Notes: generated by a model from the sequence alone, not told the origin. A DNA stretch of 61,457 bases from Phocaeicola dorei (GCA_963632375.1 CAVGUB010000111.1:81913-143369), one strand, 5' to 3'. Shown: positions 35,790-45,960, counted from the stretch's first letter. Translations and numbers: made by a program.

Positions 35790-35843
35790 TATATTAAATT
35801 TTATATTTTATAATCTTTTTACAAATATATAAAATAAAAACAA

Positions 35844-35870
35844 AACACCCAAGTAAAAAACTTGGGTGTT
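35844..35870 (-). terminator. Hairpin terminator
   Basis: AACACCCAAG taaaaaa CTTGGGTGTT, directly after TAA 35877-35879. Confidence 0.6.
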
Positions 35871-35876
35871 AAAAAA

Positions 35877-38018
35877 TTAAGAAGAACTACCAGGAGTAAT
35901 GCTCCATAGATCAGACAGATCTTCTTTGGTTCCTTGATATATATAGCAGCATAATTTAGCTTTTCACGGTCTACCTAATGTACCGTCAGAAGCTCTATAT
36001 CCACCTATCAATAAACTCAAATCAACATCTGGAATTGCATATGCATAAGTTGTTCAAGTTGTACCATCGGTAGTATAATACAATGTATCACCGGAACGAC
36101 GTATACCAGCACATACATCGTTATTTGAGCGCACGATATTCGCTAATTGACTCGATGCAGTAATAATCTGGCAATCACATAGTGTACTTCAGGTGCCTGA
36201 TTGAACGGTAAATCCTGGATATGGACTAACTTCATTCATACAGTGTAAAGCTGTTTCTTGTGTTCCAGTAGGCGCTGTTTCAATGAGTGAGTGTATAAAT
36301 ATTGTCCATTCAGTCATTTCATCAGTAAATATCTTGTAACCAGTATCCACAATTTCAGATGTATCACTACCAGTAAATGTTTTATTGACAGAATAAAGCA
36401 ATACAAGATTCATAACAGTTAATTTCACTGTAGATGACAATGTTTCATCACCATTTGGTACAGCTGTTATTGTAATTACATCAGATACTGATGCGTCAGA
36501 ATTTACAGTTAATGTCATGGTAGATTCATCAAATGTAGCGTTACCTGTTACTGTATAAACAATAGTTGGAGATTCAAGATTTGTCTTATAACTAACTGTA
36601 ACAGAAGCTCCGACACCAGGTGTAGCATTTGAAACTGACAATGTAAAGTAATCTGCTGTATTTAATCATTCTTCAGTTTGAGATCAGCGTTGTACAATAA
36701 ATTTTCTAATCTGCTGTACATTATTTGTACTTGTGGATGGAATATTTACAAATGCACCATCGGCTGTAGAAGTACTATAATCTTCTGCTATTAAATCATT
36801 AGAATTATAGTTTGTTCAATCCTCAAACATCTTAATAAGATTCTCCCTCGAAAGAACTGTTTCTTTCAACTCAAGTCACCTTGCATAAATTTCCTCTTTA
36901 AACAAAGAAGCCAATCTAATATAAAGCAAGTTACCAGATCTAGAACTTTGAAAATCTTCATAAGAACTTCTTGGATAAGTATAACTCAGTATCTGTGAAC
37001 CATCTCAATACAAACCCCATGTAGAATCCAAATCATATGCTTGAGCTATAAAATGCTGTCCGTCATAACATTGTAGCATTTGGTTTTTTCCAAAACCATC
37101 TAGATGGCACGACATTATTCCAAATACATAGTAATCAATTAAACTAGGTACGTCAAAATAATCCGACAAAGAACTTTTAAAAGTATCATCGTCACTATCC
37201 ATACAAAAAGCAATTGCATCAGTAAGTCTAGTTTTAATTGTATCTGGAACCGTATCATGCAGCTCATCAGTCCAATCAGTCCCATCTATTACTGGGGCTG
37301 CTCTAAAGCAAGCGGATACATAATTTTCGCCACAAAGAATTACTTGAGATTCATTATTTGAATCCATATTAGCCATTCAAGCATCCTTCGGTATATTAAA
37401 ATCATACCTTCCTTGATATTCTCCATTTACATAGAACTTGACCAAGAATCCATCAATAACGCCTTGATTAGGGGAAGTTCTCAATTCTTCAGGGTAACTT
37501 GAATATGTACTTCTAGATTGTACTATTTGAGATCAAATTCTTGCTGATACAACATTTCTTGCATGAGAAATATCAATTCAGTTTGCTTTGATTACATACT
37601 TGCTTTGTTTTCCTCAACCAAAATCGTATTTGAATTTAGATGAGCAATCAGCATCTTTATATAATTTTATTGTAAAATTTTTCTTTGGATAAGAAGCAGA
37701 TGATGTTCCTTGTACTTTTAACGTTCCATAACAACGCATAACAACATCCCCATACATATAAGTAATCTTTCCTTTAAAATTACCATCATCTTTAGACGTA
37801 GGAGTGTCTCCAGTTCAAAACAATTGTGGTAATGTGTTGAAAGTATCTTTACTTACATTATGTGTTGTTTCGGGAACGGTTGATTCTGTAGAAGGAGTAT
37901 ATTCTGTTCATCCATCTGCTAATATCATTGCTGAAGTAGGATTTCCGATAACCTTACCGTCAACAATAACAGTAATATATTTACTGTCTTTAATTATTCC
38001 ATTCTTTATATATAACAT
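35877..38018 (-). CDS. CotH-domain fibre/receptor-binding protein with C-terminal Ig-like region (about 713 aa)
   Basis: ATG 38016-38018. Hand translation of 37377-38018 gives ...GTSSASYPKKNFTIKLYKD...KYDFG-W-GKQSKYVIKAN-W-IDISHARN...GFLVKFYVNGEYQGRYDFNIPKD, which is CotH-like. Joins track ORFs 37005..37376 and 36189..36641. TAA at 35877-35879. Confidence 0.6.
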
Positions 38019-38021
38019 ACT

Positions 38022-38651
38022 TTATAATATTATTCCTGTTAAAGTTCCATCTCCGTAAGATTTACCAAAAAACTCACCTGTATCTTGTCGCATTAAACCA
38101 TACTCACCATTTAAATATCAAGGCAAGAATTCTACACCATCTACAATCAATCTATATATTCTAGTTCCATTTTTTGCCCATCCTGCTTCATTCCCAATCT
38201 TGCCAAAAATTGATATATTTCCAACTGATGGACTATTAAAAGTAGGTTCGTAAACAGTGCTACTTAAACTAGATGTAATTTTAAGATTATTATAAGATGA
38301 TGCAAATCCATACGTTACTGGTGTTGCTGTCCCTCTATACAAATTATAAATAAAATATTGCCCAGATGCAGAACCTGTACGATAATCTTTACGTTTTTTC
38401 TCAGATACAAAAAGATTTCAACGAGCTCTACGTGATGAATCAAGTAACAATTCTTCATCTCCTCTTGATCACAATTTAAAGTCTCCGGATGAAGGGAATG
38501 AATTCATATAGAAAACACCTTCCATTGTAGAGCTATACGTCATTCCAATTCCTATATCAATTAAACAGGATCCATCTGTAGCTATATATTCACACTGATT
38601 TCCAGCTTTATTTGAATATAATGCTTGTTGTATATGTCTTATCATTCCCAT
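38022..38651 (-). CDS. Hypothetical virion protein (209 aa)
   Basis: ATG 38649-38651. Track ORFs 38469..38690 and 38118..38342 are joined through TGA. A genuine TAA lies at 38022-38024. Confidence 0.55.
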
Positions 38652-38653
38652 AT

Positions 38654-40666
38654 TTACGATACTGCATAATACTGTGCTCACGTAGCACAACCATTAACAA
38701 TACAAACCTGAACTACACTCCCGGTCTTCATAGTAGAAGGGCTAGGTATGAATGATCCGTTAGCCCATTTAATAGAAGAATCAAATGAAATTGTAGCAGA
38801 TTCATCTAAATTATCTTTAGAATACTGAAAAATATATTCTTGTCCATCCGTTGTAGCTTCTGTTGGAAGAGAAACAGTTAAAGAAGTTAAAGAAGTTCCA
38901 GTTAATAGTGTAATTGTATTAGCTGCTAATGTTATATCTGATTCTCCAGTTTCAACAGTTTTTCGTTTTCAATCTTCTGATGCAGTTAATTCTTTCCATT
39001 CAGTAGCTGTAGCAGATTCTAGATAGTAACCCTTAATAGTAGCACCATCCATATAACTACCTACGATTCTTCCTGATGCATCAATTCCAAATGTTTTTGG
39101 AATACTTAAACTAGTTAAATTCGGATAAGTACTTATGTTAATATAATTACTTGCTGATCCAACTATTCTAGTCGCATACATATTTTGGATTGTAACTGAA
39201 GCATCGTCTCCAACAAAATTTATATATCCACAATGATTAAGTGTACACGAAACTAATTTGGGAAATTTACAATTTAAAATATAGCCAGAAAAAGAAGATG
39301 TTTGTACTGCGCCAATTTCACAATTTTGAATAGCACCTGAATATAGAGCACCCGTTTGCGCACCTGTTACAGTATTAGAAGCAAATAATCCTGAAATTGT
39401 TGTATAATTTAAATTTCCAGCAAGAGAAAATGTACATCCTTGAAGTATTCCTTCTTGTGTAAGAAATCCTATATATCTATTATCTGCAGTAACTTCAAAT
39501 GTATTACTGCGCATGTCATTTATTTTAGATGAAAAAAACGAGCATCTAATTTTAGTATTACCTATTAGATTAAATATATTGTGTCTGATTCCTGTTCGAG
39601 AATTATCAGTAGCTGTACTTCTATTTATCAAATTTTGTTTACTATATATTAAATTGTCTGAACCTTTATAAAATACAACATTATTAATACTTGCAAATTG
39701 TGATTTAGAAACCTCACCAAATTGATTATCGTTGCAATATGATTGGTCAAAGAACGTTAAATTATAACAAAATGCTCCAAATTTATTATCATTAAAGTTA
39801 CGAGCCCACTCAATTATATCTGGTAATGTGACATTATCTATAAGTGGAATGTGATTTCCAGCAACACTTCCCTCTCCTACAACTGTAGCATCTTCAATAT
39901 CATCAGGTGTTATTGAAGTTGTAATATCAGAACGAATGTAACCAAATGTATAATACCAACCAGTATTAAATTGAAATTTGGCACCAGAAAAATCAGTTCC
40001 ATCATAATGTTGTTGTATTTCACCTAAATTATATATTTCTGAATATGTATTAGGTACATCAGCACGATAAAATTGAATATTCTTGAAATCGTAACCGAGA
40101 TTATTATCGTATTCGTCTATCATTTGATAGATAACACCTTTTCCATTTGTTGTATCTGCTCATTTATATAACGTATCGTTATTATCAAGACAATATTTTA
40201 ATTTTCAAGCAGATACATGAATTGTTTGTCCAGCTCACGAACCATACTTTCTAACAAAATAGGTATCACCTTCATGAATTGCAGCTTTAGCATTTTCGTT
40301 TAATACTGATGCACTATCAGCTCTAACAATAATATCAAACTGATGCCCGGCACTTCTAGATTGACCTTCTACAGGCGTTTCTGAATTTGGTGAAGAACAA
40401 GTTTTTGATTTTCCATTGGTTGTTGTTACATAATCAGTTATCCTATAATATTGTCCAGGAACAAGAGTGCTAGCATCACGTAATGCTTTAAGTTCAGACC
40501 ATGTAATATTGACAATTTCCTTTATATCAGGTTCTCCATATATCTCTACTTCTGAATCTGTTTTTAATTTAATTAATTTATCAGACGAATCAAATATAAC
40601 AGTACCTGTATCTAAGGAATCTGTCGATATATTTGACCCGTGTATTCATTTCGTTTTTACTGCCAT
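38654..40666 (-). CDS. Tail fibre / beta-helix-like receptor-binding protein (about 670 aa)
   Basis: ATG 40664-40666. Several TGA on either side of track ORF 38969..40123. TAA at 38654-38656. N-terminus MAVKTKWIHG...IKLKTDSEVEIYGE parallels 19547..20497. Confidence 0.6.
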
Positions 40667-40710
40667 ATAAAAAATATTTAATGTACAAATTTACTAAAAA
40701 TTTTGGAATT

Positions 40711-41436
40711 TTAAAAAGTATATCCTGTTTCATTTCTTTTTAAAGATTCTTCAAGTTCTTTTTTAGCTTTTCAAGCTTTTAATTCTTCAAGTTCCTTTTT
40801 GATAGATTCAATATCATCTGTATTTTTCGTTAATTGTTCTGTTACAGCTTTTACCCAAAGTGAAGCTTGTTGTAAACCAGTGAGATTAAAATTCTTTTGG
40901 ATAACTGTAAACCCAGCAGAATCAGTTTTATCTGTAGTTTCTTCAATTAAAAGACCTTTTTCAATTAACATAGTATTATATTTTTTTATTGAAGGAATTG
41001 TTCACCCAGTACGTCTTGATAATTCTGCGTTTGAAAAAGAACATTTACCTATACCAGTTTCTTTGCCATATAAGAAGGGTTGAATATCCATATAATATTC
41101 CTTAATGTTAAGTGGTAGATCTAAATCAAGAAACTCATCTGTGAACATTTCGAAACGTTTATCAAATTCTGTAATTGGGAATATATAATGATTTTTATAT
41201 CCATCATTTACTTTTTGAATTAAATTAGATTTAACTAAACGGTTTAAAGCAGAAACAACTTTATTTGTACTACATTTTAATTTTGTGGCAATTGTATTTA
41301 ACGCGGGATAACATTCTCGGGTATCCTTATTCATATAACGTCTTATAGCAGTGTATACAATTTTGTCTCCATGTTCCAACGTATGTTGGTTTTTTAGATT
41401 ATCTAATTCATGCGGAACTTCTGTATGTTTAATCAT
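40711..41436 (-). CDS. Two-winged-helix DNA-binding protein (Rep/initiator-like or regulator)
   Basis: Track ORFs 41002..41436 and 40771..40971 are one frame, joined by TGA 41002-41004, then extended through TGA 40771-40773 to TAA 40711-40713. Two HTH-like segments. An iteron array lies directly upstream. Confidence 0.5.
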
Positions 41437-41531
41437 ATCATTTTATTTTTAATTTTTTATCTTTTTATTTATGATTACAAATATATAAAAATAAAAATGA
41501 AAAAGAAAATGTAAAATAATAAAAAAGTGGT

Positions 41532-41631
41532 GAAATAAATTGATACGAGTTTGAAATAAATTAATATAAGTTCAAAATAAATTGATACGAGTTCAAAATA
41601 AATTGATATAAGTTTGAAATAAATTGATCAC
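41532..41631. repeat. Five tandem 21-bp direct repeats (iteron-like)
   Basis: GAAATAAATTGATACGAGTTT / GAAATAAATTAATATAAGTTC / AAAATAAATTGATACGAGTTC / AAAATAAATTGATATAAGTTT / GAAATAAATTGATCAC. They are contiguous with no spacers. Confidence 0.8.
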
Positions 41632-41686
41632 TAACTATACTTAATAGATTTATAGATTTAATATATTTATGAACTATATTTAAACG

Positions 41687-41718
41687 AAAAAATTCCCGAG
41701 CTTATGTCGGGAATTTTT
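41687..41718. terminator. Hairpin terminator
   Basis: AAATTCCCGA gcttatg TCGGGAATTT with flanking A and T runs, downstream of TAA 41741-41743. Confidence 0.6.
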
Positions 41719-41740
41719 ATTTAAGATATTAGAATTGTAA

Positions 41741-43549
41741 TTACTTTATAACGTTAAGTATAGGATAAGACTTAACCGATTCAATTTTATTTCTCAATCT
41801 AGGATTTGATAAAAGCATTTGTTTGGTCGGATGCGCAAACTCTTCTCCTAAAATTTCAATTTCAGCATGGGTTGTTGGATCATAACCTAACTTTCTAGAC
41901 ATTATTTTTTCAGGAGAAACCTCATTCTTTAATTGAAACGGGTTTATAGATCTTCCATTCGGATAACTAAATTTAATATCTTTTAATTCCGACATTGGAG
42001 TTGTATTTACTTTCTTAGCAAATTGATCAAAATCATAAATTACATCAAAATTATCAGGGTGTACTCCTGATTTTAACCCGGTTACATTTTCTAAAGCTTT
42101 AACAGACGAATAATCAACTTCTCCAAATTTTTGTTTTATTATTTCATTGGCCAATTTATCATATTCTTCAACTCCGTCCAAATATCCAAATCCCTTTTTA
42201 TTTAAATTAATTCTATCAACATTTGTATTTTCAGTGCTTTTAATTTTTAAAAACTTCTGAATTAGTTTGGGGTCTGATATAACTTCATATCCCATATTTT
42301 TTGCTTGATTGAGTTTTTCAGGATTCCCACTTAAAATTTTAATATATTTTTTATCAATAGGTTCATTTTTTATAAAAGAGTCCATTGGCTCTATACTTTT
42401 AAATTTTTTATTTTCAAAAGCAATTGGATCGATAATAAGATAATCTTCACCAGGTCTAATTCTATAATTCTTATGAGTAATAAAACTTTGATCATATGTC
42501 ATATTTGTAAAGATATTGTCTTTTGGGGAGAGTAGAACTTTACCATCTACTATTTCAGGTATTTCTCCAACATTTCTTATAAACATTAAATTTCCATAAT
42601 TTGTACGCCCAATATTTCCTTTGCTTTTTACATTTTTAAGTCAAAAACCAAGTGGAGTTTTCTTATAGATATTTACCTGACTTGCATCTAAATTAATTGG
42701 AATGTTTTGTTTAGTTATAACCGGGGTTACCTTGTCTCCAACTTTTATATCATTAGCTGTAAAATATTCAGATTTTACACCATGTGTATCAAAACGTCCT
42801 AAATGAAAATTTGGATTTGTTTTTGTCTCTATTAAAAATTCATCATTGTGTATTGATCCATATGATTTACCTTTTGTAAAGTGGGGATAATTAGATGAAG
42901 GTCCACTTGTCACTTCTCCGGAGTGTTTTACAGATTCAAAACCTTTTTTATCAACAATTCTATATGCACTACTTTCATCATAATCCATAAAAGGTCTTCA
43001 ATGAACATCTAATACTCTCCCAGATAAGCTTCCTGCAGCACCTCCTAATATCGCCCCTGGATTTAAAAATTCTGCTAATGTACTTTTTGTTTCACCCCAG
43101 TTTTTATTTTGGCGCACAAACTCTCCAAATGTATCATAGTTAGATTTTTTTTGTATGATTTTGTCAATACCTAAACCGCCTAGTGCTCCTCCTACAAATC
43201 CTCCAATTGTTGCGAATGGCGAAGCAACTAATGCAGGCGCTGCAGCAACAATAGGTGCAGTTTGTAGAAATACAGATCCGGATGTATCTATAAAATCTTT
43301 TTGTCCTTTATAAATCTTATCTTTTAGTTTTTGTGTTCGTATTGAATCTGGTAGTTTTCTAAAATCTTTCGGTTTAAGATTATCTGGAGTTTCCTCATAA
43401 ATAGTATCTATAATAGAACTAGCACCGTTGTCATATAACCATTGACGATGTGCTTTGGCATCATTACTTCAAAATCATTCAGGATGTTGTATAGCATATT
43501 CCTGAATTCTGTTGATGTGCCCGTAGTAATCATTGTGTTTGTATTTCAT
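41741..43549 (-). CDS. Large hypothetical protein with Gly-rich hydrophobic segment (about 602 aa)
   Basis: ATG 43547-43549. Track ORFs 42641..42988 and 41741..42586 share one frame, joined by TGA 42641-42643. Further TGA lie upstream of 42988. This is the first gene of the minus-strand arm. Confidence 0.55.
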
Positions 43550-43592
43550 AGTACAAAGATAATAAAAAATATAATGCAAACAAAAGGATACA

Positions 43593-43641
43593 TAGGCAAT
43601 CAATCCCCCCGGCTTCGCCGTTGGGAAATTGATTGCCTTTT
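43593..43641. terminator. G+C-rich hairpin with T run at the arm junction
   Basis: AGGCAATCAAT ... ATTGATTGCCT encloses CCCCCCGGCTTCGCCGTTGGG and is followed by TTTTT. Confidence 0.45.
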
Positions 43642-43718
43642 TAGACATTTTCCAAAATTTAGAGAAGAAGAAAAAGAAACTACTTCTCCGTGACGGTTGC
43701 TACGTTAACGTAACTATA

Positions 43719-43778
43719 ACAATCTTTGTAACAAGATTGTACAGTGACACCACAATGCTTGTACAATCTTGCTACAAA
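43719..43778. promoter_or_regulatory. Nested inverted repeats upstream of the first plus-strand gene
   Basis: 19-nt arms TTTGTAACAAGATTGTACA (43725-43743) and TGTACAATCTTGCTACAAA (43760-43778), with one mismatch. An inner palindrome ACAATCTT/AAGATTGT is also present. Confidence 0.45.
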
Positions 43779-43826
43779 ATCTGACGCAGACACAGATTTT
43801 GGTTGTCTGCAATAAATACATTGAAG

Positions 43827-44105
43827 ATGTATATTCTCAATGCATTTAGCCTCCAAATGCTGGAAGATTATCCATGTGAAGTTCGCTTCACAGAAGTGGA
43901 TAGTCTTCCTGCCGGCTTGGAGAGTGCTGTTGGTCATGCTGACACGGCGGCGGTTCTTGGAGTTCCAATGAACCGCATCTCTGTCAAATTGGCGAAAGGC
44001 GACACTGCTTATGTTGCGCAACTCATAGGCGGTCGTCTCCCAGAGGGCAGCACAACTCTCCCGGAAGGCTTCTCTTTCAGATATCTGAAAGTAGAAGTTC
44101 TTTAA
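43827..44105 (+). CDS. DUF1874 (STIV B116-like) protein
   Basis: MYILNAFSLQML...ESAVGHADTAAVLG...GDTAYVAQLIGGRLPEGSTTLPEG matches my recollection of the B116/DUF1874 family. True ATG at 43827. Confidence 0.6.
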   Translation: MYILNAFSLQMLEDYPCEVRFTEVDSLPAGLESAVGHADTAAVLGVPMNRISVKLAKGDTAYVAQLIGGRLPEGSTTLPEGFSFRYLKVEVL

Positions 44106-44254
44106 GTCAACGGAGCCTGGGCGGAATGACCCAGAGGCAACCATTCCCATTCTTTGGCACGTGATGAGCGTTGTGGTTAAGTAGCCAAAGTAACTGTTTT
44201 GCAAGGTGCTCGTGTATATAGGATGAACCTTGTGTAATTATTAATCAGATTGTT
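44106..44254 (+). promoter_or_regulatory. Three-hairpin intergenic module, copy A
   Basis: Stems 44116-21/44130-35, 44152-58/44184-90 and 44202-07/44227-32. Loop sequences are conserved with copy B. Confidence 0.6.
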
Positions 44255-44473
44255 ATGGAAACAATTATGATTAACGGCCGCGCTTATGCGTGCACCTACG
44301 ACTGCGACTTCCAAGCAGACGGAGGTCGCATCTTCGGCGATGACGAGGCTGACCAGGAAATTGTCGGGTCGGTCTACATCGTCCGTAGAGACGATGGCGC
44401 AGAAGTTAGCGTCGAGAAATTCTATGGAGCCTCACATGAGGCCTTCATAAGAGAAATTCTCCGCAAATTTTAG
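44255..44473 (+). CDS. Hypothetical protein (72 aa)
   Basis: Intact ORF, G+C-rich, TAG stop. Confidence 0.55.
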   Translation: METIMINGRAYACTYDCDFQADGGRIFGDDEADQEIVGSVYIVRRDDGAEVSVEKFYGASHEAFIREILRKF

Positions 44474-44476
44474 GCC

Positions 44477-44621
44477 TAGGCATGGGTAGAAGATCCCATT
44501 GACAAACATTCCGCTCCCCAAAGATGTGATGAGCATTGGCGTTAAGTTACTTTGGGTAATTGTTTAATGGAGTTCTTGTGTATATAGAATGAACTCCTAT
44601 AATCCATAATTGTGTTAAGAT
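44477..44621 (+). promoter_or_regulatory. Three-hairpin intergenic module, copy B
   Basis: Stems 44482-86/44495-99, 44517-23/44550-56 and 44569-74/44592-97. Loops GTGATGAGCATTGGCGTTAAGT and CTTGTGTATATAGAATGA. Confidence 0.6.
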
Positions 44622-44861
44622 ATGATTATACACAAGATATGGGATCTCTGTGAAATCAAGAGACGAAATATGCGTGCATATCGCGCATTAACAAATCTCT
44701 TGAAATCCAACAATTTCGATGCATACTGCAAAGAAATCGAAGGTTTCGCAGAGATCGAGTGGCGTCCGTCACTCGTAAACGTCTATTACAACAACATGAT
44801 TGTTGTAATAGAAGTGAATGAGATTAACGGATCCATCGAAGATATTCGATGCGTGGATTAA
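44622..44861 (+). CDS. Hypothetical protein (79 aa)
   Basis: Intact ORF, TAA stop. Confidence 0.55.
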   Translation: MIIHKIWDLCEIKRRNMRAYRALTNLLKSNNFDAYCKEIEGFAEIEWRPSLVNVYYNNMIVVIEVNEINGSIEDIRCVD

Positions 44862-44916
44862 TCCACCACTCAAGGTAGCCAATGGGCTTCGAATGACAGG
44901 TAGGGCTGTCAGCCAA

Positions 44917-44966
44917 TACTCAGACATTTTCGGGTGTTTAAGATGGTTCGATTCCATCCTGAGTAC
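44917..44966 (+). ncRNA. tRNA-like minihelix (acceptor stem plus T arm only)
   Basis: TACTCAG (44917-23) pairs with CTGAGTA (44959-65). The T arm is GATGG TTCGATT CCATC (44942-58). Only 18 nt lie between them, so there is no D arm or anticodon arm. Confidence 0.45.
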
Positions 44967-45243
44967 TATTCCCGCACTGTGCGGGTGCAGCTGTGCAGTA
45001 AACAGCAAAGACGCTTGTAGACGAGCTGGTGATAGACAACACTATCCAGACATTTGTCTGTAATCAATCTATATGGATTGAGGTTGGAGTACGCCGAAGT
45101 ACAGTAAGCAGCACAGGTTAGGCACTGTGCGGTAATCCACATTTACGCGATGGGGGATGAAGAGCCAACAATGTTTGTATAGATTGATCCGAGAACACGT
45201 TGTTCTCAGGCATTGGGGAAGCCTTAAGACCCGTTTGACTACC

Positions 45244-45723
45244 ATGGCTATTACTATTATGCCTGTAAGTAGCGCATCTGAGGCCCACAAGAATGTGGGC
45301 CTATTCTGTGGTGAACTTTTCAAGTTCACCCAAGGTGAACTTGTGGTCTTCGGACCACAGGACACAAGGGCGTATGGATCTACGCCATTTAAGAAAAGCG
45401 TAATGCTTTCGGCCGTCTGTAAGGACGGCAAGGGGCATAAATTAATATTCCCAATCCAGGCATTGAGGCACAGGCCTCTAAAGCCTGTGAATCCTCAACA
45501 GTGGGACTCCCTGAAAAGGGAGTTCCCTATGTTGAGGGAGGCTATTATAGCCCCTCTGGGACATTTGGAGTATTACTCCAACATCCCAGAAGGGACATAT
45601 AGGATCGAGGTCCGAAAGGTCCTCGATCAGGCAAAAGCCGATGATGGGACTCTCGAGCAGTTCGAGAGGACCATCAACATCTTAGTACCTGCCCCTTCTA
45701 AGAGGGCAGGTTCTAAGAAGTAG
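45244..45723 (+). CDS. Hypothetical protein (159 aa)
   Basis: First ATG of track ORF 45157..45723. G+C-rich; TAG stop. Confidence 0.55.
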   Translation: MAITIMPVSSASEAHKNVGLFCGELFKFTQGELVVFGPQDTRAYGSTPFKKSVMLSAVCKDGKGHKLIFPIQALRHRPLKPVNPQQWDSLKREFPMLREAIIAPLGHLEYYSNIPEGTYRIEVRKVLDQAKADDGTLEQFERTINILVPAPSKRAGSKK

Positions 45724-45789
45724 CCGAAACTAGGGGGAGAGGGGAGTCTCTCCCCCTAGTCACAGGGGAGGTTGTTCTACCCCTGTCTG

Positions 45790-45960
45790 ATGATGGCAGA
45801 ACTATCAAAACAAAACAAACCAGAACAAGAAATGACATTCTGGGATCTCATGCGTGAGGCTGGGAAATATAATCTTCAGGAGGTTGCTCGTCAATACCTG
45901 AAGAGGGATTATGATCCAGCTACTGTGTGGGAAATTCTGGTAGAGGAATACAACCTCTAA
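45790..45960 (+). CDS. Small hypothetical protein (56 aa)
   Basis: First ATG of track ORF 45772..45960. Preceded by G+C-rich hairpins (CTAGGGGGAGAG...CTCTCCCCCTAG). Confidence 0.45.
   Translation: MMAELSKQNKPEQEMTFWDLMREAGKYNLQEVARQYLKRDYDPATVWEILVEEYNL

Noticed and set aside
41532-41631. Possible CRISPR array (also considered for 48978-49037)
   Set aside because: The repeats are contiguous 21-bp units, or 18-bp units with 3-bp gaps. There are no unique spacers of CRISPR size and no cas genes. The pattern is that of iterons or operators.
44159-44183. GUGAUGA in the conserved hairpin loop as a box C (C/D RNA, K-turn) or hammerhead core
   Set aside because: No matching box D (CUGA) or GAAA element sits in the required position. 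The hammerhead core needs CUGANGA, and here the first base is G. The resemblance is probably coincidental.
43680-44204. 174-aa minus-strand ORF in the G+C-rich island
   Set aside because: It is the antisense shadow of the plus-strand DUF1874-like gene (43827-44105) and its flanking structured spacers. The plus-strand product has a recognisable family signature and the minus-strand one does not. Long mirror ORFs are expected in locally G+C-rich sequence.
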